The notes under the pieces: generated by a model
What the model was told of the DNA's origin: nothing
What the model saw: only the letters and a program-made list of their open reading frames with translations
Database searches by the model: none
In this document: positions 20,944 to 29,691 of the stretch, one piece after another
How positions within the stretch are numbered: the first letter of the stretch is position 1
Layout of the letters: every line of letters starts with the position of its first letter
Made by a program: the position numbers and the translations under genes
NCBI GenBank assembly: GCA_041690135.1
Contig: JAWLHY010000011.1
Location: forward strand, 64,001 to 128,000
DNA: 64,000 nt
From: Armatimonadota bacterium
GTDB lineage: Bacteria; Armatimonadota; SYMT01
Direction: 5' to 3'

Positions 20944-21477
20944 TCAAGCCCCTCGCGCAAACGCTGAACCGAGGCGGTAGGGTCCGCCAGCCGCTTCGGG
21001 TGGGGCGCCGGAGGGCGGCGGAGCATCCCGGAGATAATTCAGGCCGGCCGGGGCACGGAGGAACAGCACCAGCCGGCGCCCCACCCGAAGCGGCAGAGCC
21101 GGAAGCGGGTCGGTTGCAGCTTTGGGGGGAGATTCGGCGACGGGCGCTTCGAAGCGAACCCGGAATGCCAGGCCGGAGGCGGACTGCCGCATCGGCCCCT
21201 TGTAGACACGAATGAACCGGCACTCCGCGATCCACGCTCCCTGCTCGTCGCTGCCGGCGGTGGGGATCCCCTCCCGAGACTCCCGGACGAGGGTGGGTAA
21301 AGCCGTCAGCCGGGTGACCTCGCAGGCGACGACGTGGTGGGACTGCTCCCACACCTCCCGCAACCGCGCCTCGGGAAGTCTCGCCGTGTCATTCACCGTC
21401 GTGTTTCAGTCTGCGGCCGAGGGCGCCACAACCATCGCCAGTGCTAAGCCAAGCAGGAGCCGGAAGCCTCTCATCAT
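20944..21477 (-). CDS. Secreted TIMP/NTR-like OB-fold protein with in-frame UGA at codon 24 (Sec candidate or nonsense mutation)
   Basis: GAGGTGG RBS, signal peptide MMRGFRLLLGLALAMVVAPSAA-D, TGA (21408-21406), then in-frame continuation into ORF 20944..21396. Confidence 0.65.
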
Positions 21478-21904
21478 GAAACCACCTCACCACGTAACGT
21501 CCTCCCAGTTGGACGGGCTTCCCGCATCAGGGTTACACGGGGAGCGATACGTTTTGCGTGATGCGTATTGCGGATTTGCCCGGTGAACGGAAAAACCGTG
21601 AGGTTACCCACCGGCGATGCGTGCCGCGCGGTTCGCCGCTAATCTCTAACCTGGCGAAGCCAGAGCCAAGGGGAGGATCGCGTCATTGGGAAGGAGCCTT
21701 AGCGACTGCGGCAATCCCCCTGCCTTCCGCGGCGCCATCTTCGGCACCGTTCGCCCGATTTGCAGAATTCGCTGCGGAACTCCCAGGCCGGAGGGTGACC
21801 TACGGAGGGCGAGCCCCACTGCGGTCACCAGGGGGATTGCCACGCCCCGCAGTGGACGGACCTCGCACGTGAAAGCGACACAAACCAAAGTGCGGCAGGC
21901 GTGG

Positions 21905-22624
21905 CTAGTGGCGGATCGGTCGGGGCTCGCATTTCTCCGCAGCCGCGAAATCGGCCCACAGCGCCGGGATCTCCTTGCCGGTGATCTCCTGGAAGAGCTC
22001 ATCGGTGTACCGCCCGGCGCGGAGGGCGGCGTGGAGCTTGGGGACCACGCCCCGGCCGTAGCGCTCCTCCAGGTGGATCAGGAACGCGGCGGTGGTTTTG
22101 TAGGCGTCGGTGTGCTTCGCCTTCGTGAAGTCGATCTTCGGCCGGGTCAGCGCCGGTTCGAAGTGCTGGAGGCGCACGTAATCGGCGATCCCTTCCACCA
22201 GCCAGCCCGCCCGGTTGCGAGGATAGCGCTGTACCAGGTGCGTCAACTCGTGGGCCACCATCCCGAAATCGTTGGGATGCGACTTTACCCAGTGCGCGGC
22301 GATATGGATCTCGCTGCCCCGGGCATAGGCCACCCCTTTCATGTCCTTCTCGAAGATGATGCGGACCACCGGCGCCAGGGGGCGCTCCGCATCGTTGCTC
22401 TCCAGGATGGCGACCACTTTCGGATACCAGGTCTCGCAGAGGGCCTCCGCGGCCCGACCCCACGGCTGCAACTCCGGAACCTGCGTGGTGTCGGCTTCGA
22501 ACCGGGGCGCCTTAACGGTCACGGCCGCCGGCGGGTTCTCCTGGGACTCCACGGGCCCGTCAGCCCCACCGCACAGCAATAGTGCCGTGGCGCAGAGGCC
22601 GATCCGGAGCAATCTTTGCATCAT
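21905..22624 (-). CDS. Basic secretory protein (BSP) family zinc metallopeptidase
   Basis: Signal peptide; GVAY; HELTH; WLVEGIADYVR. Confidence 0.9.
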   Translation of the reverse strand: MMQRLLRIGLCATALLLCGGADGPVESQENPPAAVTVKAPRFEADTTQVPELQPWGRAAEALCETWYPKVVAILESNDAERPLAPVVRIIFEKDMKGVAYARGSEIHIAAHWVKSHPNDFGMVAHELTHLVQRYPRNRAGWLVEGIADYVRLQHFEPALTRPKIDFTKAKHTDAYKTTAAFLIHLEERYGRGVVPKLHAALRAGRYTDELFQEITGKEIPALWADFAAAEKCEPRPIRH

Positions 22625-22788
22625 CTTCCCTTTCGTCATTCAGGTCCTGAGTGTCCGGTCCCACCCTTGTTTCGAGCCGGCACGGAGAGGTCCTCCTGCT
22701 GCCGTTGAAGTAGAGAGGGAATACGCCGCCAAAGGCGGAAGGAGTGAAGGGATGAGGGTGTCGGGGTGCTCCGCGGAGAGAAGCGAAG

Positions 22789-23865
22789 ATGCGAAAGGTT
22801 CCGGCGATGGCGCTAGGTATGGTACTGCTCGGAGCGAGCGCAGCCTCGGCCGACACCTATGTCTACGTATCGGTGGCGGCGGAGAAGCGGATCGCGGTCT
22901 ACCGCGCCGAGGCCCGCACCGGCGCCCTGGCGCATCTGCGGGACGTTCCCACCGAGGGCGAGCCCGGCGCGCTCGTGGTCGATCCCGACCGCCGGTTCCT
23001 CTTCGCTTCACTGCGCGCGGAGGGGAAGCTCTCCTCTTTCCGCATCGACCCGAAATCGGGTGGCCTCACGCCGGTCAACACCGTGCCGGCCGGTCCGGAC
23101 CCGGCACATCTCTCCACGGACCGCCAGGGTCGCTTCCTCCTCTGCGCTTACTACGTGGATGCAAAGGTCACGGTCCACGCGATCGGTCCGGCGGGCGAGC
23201 TCAGCCGTGAACCCCGGCAGACGCTTCCCACGGTGGAGAAGGCCCACGCCATCCTGCTCGACCGGAAACAGCGGTTCGCGTTCGTTCCCCATACCGGTCC
23301 GAACGTGATCTACCAGTTCACCTACGACGCAAAGCGGGGAGAGCTCCGCCCCGCGGCCGTACCCCGCCTGAAGACCCCGCCGAACACCGGACCGCGGCAC
23401 CTGGTCTTCCACCCCTCCGGAGAGATCGCCTACGTCGATAACGAGCAGGGCGGCAGCGTTACCGCCTACCGGCTGGACCGCAAGGCGGGCACGCTGCGAC
23501 CGTTTCAGACTCTCTCGACGCTCCCCCCGGGCTTCTCCGGCAGCAACGCCTGCGCCGAGATCCGGATCCATCCCAACGGCCGTTTCCTGTACGTCGCCAA
23601 CCGGGGCCACGATAGCCTGGCCGGCTTCCGCATCGCTCCGGAGGAGGGACGGCTGACCGCGCTGGCGCAGACGCCCACGGAACGGACCCCGCGCTCCTTT
23701 GACCTCGACCCCTCCGGACGATACCTGTACGCGGCGGGGGAATCTTCCGGCAACCTGGCGGGATACCGGGTGGACCCCGAGACGGGAGCCCTGGAGCGGT
23801 TTGCCACGTGGAAAGTGGGTAAACAACCGTGGTGGGTCCTGTCCGTATCCCTGGGGGATGACTGA
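22789..23865 (+). CDS. Exported lactonase, 6-phosphogluconolactonase (cycloisomerase-2) family
   Basis: GPRHLVFHP; AEIRIHPNGRFLYVANRGHDS; PRSF beta-propeller motifs. Confidence 0.9.
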   Translation: MRKVPAMALGMVLLGASAASADTYVYVSVAAEKRIAVYRAEARTGALAHLRDVPTEGEPGALVVDPDRRFLFASLRAEGKLSSFRIDPKSGGLTPVNTVPAGPDPAHLSTDRQGRFLLCAYYVDAKVTVHAIGPAGELSREPRQTLPTVEKAHAILLDRKQRFAFVPHTGPNVIYQFTYDAKRGELRPAAVPRLKTPPNTGPRHLVFHPSGEIAYVDNEQGGSVTAYRLDRKAGTLRPFQTLSTLPPGFSGSNACAEIRIHPNGRFLYVANRGHDSLAGFRIAPEEGRLTALAQTPTERTPRSFDLDPSGRYLYAAGESSGNLAGYRVDPETGALERFATWKVGKQPWWVLSVSLGDD

Positions 23866-23984
23866 TCCGGGGCCGGCTGCATTGAGTTTTCGTGGGTATC
23901 GTCCTTACCGCACACCCGGCAGGTGAGGAAGGGCGAGTCTTGCCGTATAACAAACGTAAGACAAAGGTTGGAGGGAGAGCATCG

Positions 23985-25382
23985 ATGTTGACGATCTACG
24001 GCGGCAAAACGCGGTTCTGTGACGGTATTTCCCGGCGGGGGTTCCTCACGGTCGGGGGCTTCACCTTCGCGGGTATCGCCGGGCTTTCCCTGGCCGACGT
24101 GCTCCGCGCCGAGGCGGCCACCGGTAAGCGGAACCAGCACAAGGCGCTGATCAACATCTTCCTTGCCGGCGGGGCGCCCCACCAGGATACGTGGGACCTG
24201 AAGCCGGACGCCCCTTCCGAGATCCGCGGCGAGTTCAAGCCGATCAAGACGAACGTCGCCGGGCTGGAGATCTGCGAGGTCTTTCCCCAGCTCGCGCAGC
24301 GGATGGACAAGTTCGCGGTGCTCCGTTCTGTCGTCGGGAACGCCGGCGACCATGATGCCTACCAGTGCATGACCGGCTGGCGACGCAACGAGCTGGCTTC
24401 GGTGGGCGGCTACCCCTCCATCGGGTCGGTCGCCGCGCGTCTCCACGGACCCGTCGACCGCTCGGTGCCCCCCGCCGTCGGCCTGGCAGCCCCCACCCGT
24501 GAGCGCCGCTGGTCCGACTCCGGCAGCCCGGGTTTCCTCGGCGCCGCGTATGCCCCCTTCAAGCCGTTCATGACCGGGGACAAGCCTTCGGAGGGCACCC
24601 AGAAGCTGGTGGGCGCCTACGAGAACGGTCCGGGCCTGAAGCTACAGATTTCGCAGACCCAGTTGCAGAACCGCCGCCACCTGCTGGAGGTGCTCGGGAA
24701 CGCCCGCCGCGACCTGGATGAGAACGAGGGTGTGCAGGCGCTGGATGCCAGCTTCCAGTCCGCGTTCGACCTGCTGACTTCCACCAAGATGGCCGATGCG
24801 CTCGACATCAGCCAGGAGAGCCCGAAAACCCGTGAGCGGTACGGGGACGGCAAGCCCTACAAGTTCCAGTACGACGGCGCCCCCACCTGCAACGACCACC
24901 TGCTGATGGCGCGCCGCCTGGTGGAAGCGGGCGCCCGCGTGGTGACCCTCTCCTACGGCCGGTGGGACAGCCATGGCAAGAACTTCGACCTGGTGCGAGA
25001 TCACGGTTCCAAGCTCGACCAGTGCCTCTCCGCCCTGATCGACGACCTCCACGACCGCGGTCTCCTGAACGACGTGTCCGTGGTCGTCTGGGGCGAGTTC
25101 GGCCGCACGCCCACCATCAACAAGGACGCGGGCCGCGATCACTGGCCGCAATTGAACTCCGCGCTCCTGGCCGGCGGCGGCATGAACGTGGGGCAGGTCA
25201 TCGGCGCTTCGGACCGCATGGGCGGCCACGCCGAGGAGCGCCCCGTCCACATGCAGGAGATCATGGCCACCCTCTACCACAACCTGGGCATCGACACCCG
25301 CTCGGTGATGGTGGACGACCGTTCCGGCCGCCCGCAGTGGCTTCTCGACCACAAAGACCCGATCCAGGAACTGGTGGGGTAA
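23985..25382 (+). CDS. DUF1501 domain protein
   Basis: SRRGFL; GGAPHQDTWDLKP; ARRLVEAG; WDSH; GEFGRTP; GRDHW. Confidence 0.93.
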   Translation: MLTIYGGKTRFCDGISRRGFLTVGGFTFAGIAGLSLADVLRAEAATGKRNQHKALINIFLAGGAPHQDTWDLKPDAPSEIRGEFKPIKTNVAGLEICEVFPQLAQRMDKFAVLRSVVGNAGDHDAYQCMTGWRRNELASVGGYPSIGSVAARLHGPVDRSVPPAVGLAAPTRERRWSDSGSPGFLGAAYAPFKPFMTGDKPSEGTQKLVGAYENGPGLKLQISQTQLQNRRHLLEVLGNARRDLDENEGVQALDASFQSAFDLLTSTKMADALDISQESPKTRERYGDGKPYKFQYDGAPTCNDHLLMARRLVEAGARVVTLSYGRWDSHGKNFDLVRDHGSKLDQCLSALIDDLHDRGLLNDVSVVVWGEFGRTPTINKDAGRDHWPQLNSALLAGGGMNVGQVIGASDRMGGHAEERPVHMQEIMATLYHNLGIDTRSVMVDDRSGRPQWLLDHKDPIQELVG

Positions 25383-25387
25383 TAGTC

Positions 25388-25508
25388 AGTTCCGCCACCC
25401 TCGGGTCGTAAAAGTTCCGAGTTCCGAGTTCCGCCACCCCGCGGGTGGTAAAAGTTCCGAGTCCGCGACGGCGGACTTGGGTTAGTCAGCCCCGGATTTC
25501 AATCCGGA
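25388..25508. repeat. Two copies of a ~34-bp unit with AGTTCCG heptamers, plus REP-like palindromes
   Basis: AGTTCCGCCACCCYSSGGGTSGTAAAAGTTCCGAG-like unit twice; AGTCCGC..GCGGACT and CCGGATTTCAATCCGG palindromes; inverted third copy at 46771..46824. Confidence 0.75.
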
Positions 25509-25759
25509 GACGCGACCGGGGGTTCGCTCCCCGCGGTTTCCCCCCGGGGCTGAACGGGTTAACGGTACCTGTAGGGAACGTCTCGCCGTAGCGTTCCGCC
25601 GTACTGGAACTGATCCCATCGTGCCAACTCACGGCGGTAGGGGACCCAGGTGGATCCGGGTTGGCCACCCCATCAGCTTCGTCAGTTTCGGAATGGAACG
25701 GCGTCACATTCCCTACGGTTCGAATTCCCCTGGGTAGGTGTTGCGGGACGGACACCTGC

Positions 25760-27181
25760 CTATTCCGGCTCGGCGCTCCCCTCCAACACCGTCCCCTTTG
25801 TTTCCGGGAACCGCTCGTACCACAGCGCCAGGGCATCCCGCAGGTGCCGCGCGTAGCGGTAATGTGCCCCCACCCCCGTCCGCAGCTCCGCCTCGTAGAG
25901 GAACTTGTCGGCCGTCGTCACGTGCTCGAACGGGAACTGCGTGCCCAGCAGGGTCCAGTACACGCAGCTCGGGTCGCCTGCCGCCAGCAATTCGTGCGCG
26001 CGTCGAGAGGCCGTCCGCCCTACCTCACTCAACGCCCGGAGCCGCTGCTGCCGCTCGCCACCGGCTGTTCCCGCCGGTAGCTCGTCCATCGCCGCGTAGA
26101 ACCCCTGGGGCACCTGGGGGCAATACTTCGTGCCGGTGCGGTGGCGGTTGAGATCCCGGATCTCCGCCATGGCCACCGCCTCCCACCCGAACCGGACGGC
26201 CGTGCGCCGCAGGTCCGGGCCGATCCAGGCGTAGCGGTTGTCGTGAAGCTCCAGGTCTCGCGCGAACGCCGCGCCTCCGGCCCCCGCGGGCGCCATCACC
26301 TCCAGGAAAGGGGTGGCCGCCGCGTCCGTGGGTTCGTTCCCGCCGCTCAGGGCGGCCGGAAGGCTGTCCTGCGCCACTCGTCGCCAGGTTTCCCACTCTG
26401 CTCGCTGCCCTTCCACAAAAGAGGGCTTTGCTTCCGCATGCTTCAGCAGCCGCGGCGTGGCGAAGCGCAGCTCTTCCCGGATCGCCTCGCCCAGGCCTCG
26501 CGCCTCCGCCAGGGGGTGGGAGAGAAGCTGCTGGCAAAGCTGCACCCATCCGCGGGCGGACATCAGCAGCATCACGTTCGTCTTCACGGCGGCGGGCAGG
26601 AAGTACCGGGCGCGGTCGAACGCATAGTTGCGCTTCATTCGCGCGACCTTCTTCTGCGCTGAATCGGAGCTGTCCTGGAGCAGCGAGGCCGGAATGCGGG
26701 TGACGGAAGGATCAGCCGTCCCCATCGCCTCCCAGAACTCCAGCGCTTCCTCGTAGGCGGCGAACGCCAAGCCCATCCTCTCGCTCCACTCCTCGGCTAG
26801 CTCCGCCGGGATCCCCAGATCGGCGGCGGAGGGCAGCGCCTCGGGAGAGAGCCGGATGTACCGGGTGGAAGACTCCTGGCCTCCCGCGGTGGAACAGGCC
26901 GACCACACGAAATAGGCCAGCCAGTTGGAGATGCCGTCCATGAACATCGCCACAGGGGCCATGTCGGCGATCGACTGGTGGCCGTAGTCGATCATGCGGA
27001 AGATCGACTCCACCGAGCGGTCGAGGTTCGCCGGGTCGATGCGGCTAAGGATCGCCTCCAGCCCTTCGTTATTGCGGGAGTAGCGGGCGCCGCTGGCCGC
27101 CAGCAGCTCCGGGGTGAGCGCCGGCCGATCCGCGGCGAGAGCGGCTTCAGTGGGACGGACGGAGACGAGGGTGACGTTCAT
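25760..27181 (-). CDS. thyX: FAD-dependent thymidylate synthase-like protein (long ThyX form)
   Basis: YGHQSIAD, ESSTRY, FDRARYFLP and DLNRHR motifs. Confidence 0.75.
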   Translation of the reverse strand: MNVTLVSVRPTEAALAADRPALTPELLAASGARYSRNNEGLEAILSRIDPANLDRSVESIFRMIDYGHQSIADMAPVAMFMDGISNWLAYFVWSACSTAGGQESSTRYIRLSPEALPSAADLGIPAELAEEWSERMGLAFAAYEEALEFWEAMGTADPSVTRIPASLLQDSSDSAQKKVARMKRNYAFDRARYFLPAAVKTNVMLLMSARGWVQLCQQLLSHPLAEARGLGEAIREELRFATPRLLKHAEAKPSFVEGQRAEWETWRRVAQDSLPAALSGGNEPTDAAATPFLEVMAPAGAGGAAFARDLELHDNRYAWIGPDLRRTAVRFGWEAVAMAEIRDLNRHRTGTKYCPQVPQGFYAAMDELPAGTAGGERQQRLRALSEVGRTASRRAHELLAAGDPSCVYWTLLGTQFPFEHVTTADKFLYEAELRTGVGAHYRYARHLRDALALWYERFPETKGTVLEGSAEPE

Positions 27182-27182
27182 G

Positions 27183-27280
27183 AGGCGTTGGGCGTTCAGG
27201 CGTTAGGCATTGGGAGCGCGGACGTCCCGTCCGCAGGTGTTGGGGCTCCCGTGTGGGGGTAAACGTTCGGGTGTTCGGTC
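27183..27280. repeat. Dispersed intergenic repeat (GGCRTTG heptamers + GGAGCGCGGACGTCCCGTCCGC palindrome)
   Basis: Inverted homolog at 57090..57176; related palindrome at about 30742..30764. Confidence 0.7.
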
Positions 27281-27542
27281 CCCGGTAGGAGGGGCAACTC
27301 ACGATGCTAATCCGGCCAAACGGGACTTTCTCTGCACACGCACCGATGTAGGGCGGATTGCTCCGTCACCGCCTGGTTCTGTGCTTGTACCCGTCATGCC
27401 TTGTGGAGGTCCGCTCGCTCCGACTGATGGGAAGCGTCGAGGCATATGCTGCATCAGACCGTTCGGCTCTCCGGTTCCTGGGTCCAAGCAAGTATATCGA
27501 TACCCGCCGAGGGAGGGCAGCCCGCGAGCGTCCGGCCGGGAC

Positions 27543-27585
27543 AAAGAAAAATCCCCGGACCGTCAGTTCTCGAGACGGCCCGGGG
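27543..27585 (-). terminator. Probable rho-independent terminator of the dioxygenase gene
   Basis: CCCCGG.CCGTC...GACGG.CCGGGG stem with an A-run on its + strand left side (U-tract on the - strand). Confidence 0.5.
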
Positions 27586-27651
27586 CAGAGGTTTCTGAAA
27601 TACTCGCGATGGGGTTTACCCGCCGGGAAAGGAAGGCTAAACCTGTGATTC

Positions 27652-28314
27652 TTAGCCTTCGGGAGTCATTCCCAGCACGATGTCGAACCGGGCGGCCAGC
27701 TCGCCAATGCGGGACTCCTTCATCGGCTCGAAAGCGACGGTTACCGCCTCGCGGGCGCGGGGGTCGCGGAGGTTCCGGTAGATGCCGTCCCGTTGGTTGA
27801 GGGCCTCGCCCTTCACGTAGCACTGCGTGGTCAACAGCTCCCGCTCGCCCTTGCGGACCTTCACATGGATGTGCGGCGTGCGGCCAGGGTAGGGGACCGG
27901 CTTGATGGTCCGGAAGCGATACTCGCCGGTGGAGCCGGTTTCGAAGCGGCCGTAGCCCTGGAAATGGCGGTCCCGTTTCCCCAGGTTGGGGTCCCGGCTG
28001 TGGAGGTAGGCGCCGTTGTTGTCCACCTGCCAGATCTCCACGACGGCGCCGCGCACGGGCTGCCCCTTCGCATCCAGCACGCGTCCGGTGAGGTGCGTCA
28101 CCTGCCCCACCGCTGGGGTGATGGAATCCTTGACGACCAGCAGGTCGTTGTCCTGGTCCAGGGGGAGGCGGTCCGGGTAGAACGGTCCCTCCGTTTGCGG
28201 CGGGGTGCGGACGAGTTCCTCGGCGAAGAGCCCGCGGGTGGTGAAGGCCGCGGCCCCCAGGGTGAAGGTGGTTAAGAACAGCCGCCGGTCGGGGCGGTAA
28301 ATCTTCTGGCTCAT
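27652..28314 (-). CDS. Tat-exported intradiol ring-cleavage dioxygenase family protein
   Basis: DRRLFL; TEGPFYP; EIWQVD..G.Y; TIKPVPYPGRTPHIH. Confidence 0.92.
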   Translation of the reverse strand: MSQKIYRPDRRLFLTTFTLGAAAFTTRGLFAEELVRTPPQTEGPFYPDRLPLDQDNDLLVVKDSITPAVGQVTHLTGRVLDAKGQPVRGAVVEIWQVDNNGAYLHSRDPNLGKRDRHFQGYGRFETGSTGEYRFRTIKPVPYPGRTPHIHVKVRKGERELLTTQCYVKGEALNQRDGIYRNLRDPRAREAVTVAFEPMKESRIGELAARFDIVLGMTPEG

Positions 28315-28435
28315 CGGCGCATTTCCGGGTTGGGGGAGCAGGAGTGCCTCCCACTCTCTTGGACGCCCGAAACGGCCGCCGGTTCGCGTTCCGCCTCGCG
28401 TTCCCGGCGGCGCGCTTCGGCCAGATGTTTGCCCT

Positions 28436-28888
28436 TCATCGCCGGGCGTCTCCTCGCGTGTCGTCGTTGCCGGTCCGGCCCTTCCAGGCACGGAGCGCCA
28501 GTATGGACAGGCTACCGGCCGCCAGGAGCCAGGTTGCCGTGGAAAGAGGTCCTCGGATCGGGCGGAACCGGGTTCTCCCCCGGGCGATTTCGATGTAGCC
28601 GACCGGGTGGACCATCAACCCTCCCCCGCCGCCGCTTCCGGCCTGGCTCTCCTGGGGCCCGCTCCCGGAGCCGCCCCCAACACCCCATTTCGCCCGGGCG
28701 ACCGGGATGACGGTGACCTCGCCCCGCTCCACCGGTTCTCCGAACACGGTCGCTGCATTGGCATGCCGGCCCAGGCATTCCGCCAGGGGCTGCAGGAATC
28801 CCGGTTCCGGGCGGAGCTCCGCAGGATGCGAAGTAGACGTGCGTGCAGGAATCGGGTCTTGCGCTGGAACGGATGTTGTCGCGGACAT
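28436..28888 (-). CDS. GerW/YtfJ family protein
   Basis: VFGEPVERGEVTVIPVA...GGGGG...PVGYIEI. Confidence 0.85.
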   Translation of the reverse strand: MSATTSVPAQDPIPARTSTSHPAELRPEPGFLQPLAECLGRHANAATVFGEPVERGEVTVIPVARAKWGVGGGSGSGPQESQAGSGGGGGLMVHPVGYIEIARGRTRFRPIRGPLSTATWLLAAGSLSILALRAWKGRTGNDDTRGDARR

Positions 28889-29168
28889 GGTCGTCTCCCG
28901 AGGGTCGGTACACGGAAAGCCAGGGGAATCGGGCGGTCTGGATGGCTTTGCCCGGTTCTCTCTCAGCATGCCCGGACCCGGCGCCCGGCAACCGTAAGAT
29001 GCAGGCGAAAAACCGTGGGAACCGGTCTTCGTACGGGCGGGTCTCTTCGTTAGCCGGGGGATGGAAGATCCTGGATCGACCAACCGGCGCCATTCACACG
29101 CAGCCGGACCCCCAGGCGGGCGACGGCTGCTCGATCCGGCAGAGCCGGAGTTCACCGGGAGGGACACG

Positions 29169-29675
29169 ATGAGAGCCGCAAGCACAAAGGGTTGGGGACT
29201 CCTGCTCTGGGGAGCGTGCCTGCTTTTCGGGTTTCTCCAGCCGGCCTCCGCCCAATACTGTGACGACTTGCCGGTGCTGATTGCCGGACTGCGCAGCCCG
29301 TTCTCCAGCGATGTCACGAAGGCGGCTCGCGAGATCACGCTTCTGGGCCGGGAAGCGTGGGCCGCCGTTCCCGCCCTCACGGAAGCGTTGGAGAAGGCGC
29401 GGTTCAGCGACGAGCGGGAAGCAGTGATCCGCGCGCTCGGCAGCATCGGACCGGCCGCGCGCCCGGCCGTGCCGGCGCTCAGCCGCCAACTCAAGAAGGC
29501 TCCTTTCTCTTCCGACCGCCTGGCAATCATCGACACCCTCGGCCGGATGGGGCGCTGGGCACGCCCAGCACTCCCGGACCTCTCCACGCATGCCCGCTCG
29601 GGACCGTTCATGGACGAGCGGGAAGCAGCTCGGATCGCTATCGCCCGGATCGAGATAGATCGCCCGTATCGCTGA
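29169..29675 (+). CDS. Exported HEAT-repeat protein
   Basis: Signal peptide; repeated LG.IG..A..AVPAL units. Confidence 0.8.
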   Translation: MRAASTKGWGLLLWGACLLFGFLQPASAQYCDDLPVLIAGLRSPFSSDVTKAAREITLLGREAWAAVPALTEALEKARFSDEREAVIRALGSIGPAARPAVPALSRQLKKAPFSSDRLAIIDTLGRMGRWARPALPDLSTHARSGPFMDEREAARIAIARIEIDRPYR

Positions 29676-29691
29676 AGCCCGCTGGGACTAC

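Noticed and set aside
28889-29611. N-terminal 240 aa of ORF 28436..29611
   Set aside because: Overlaps the HEAT gene on the other strand; the GerW/YtfJ domain starts at 28888 with its own RBS
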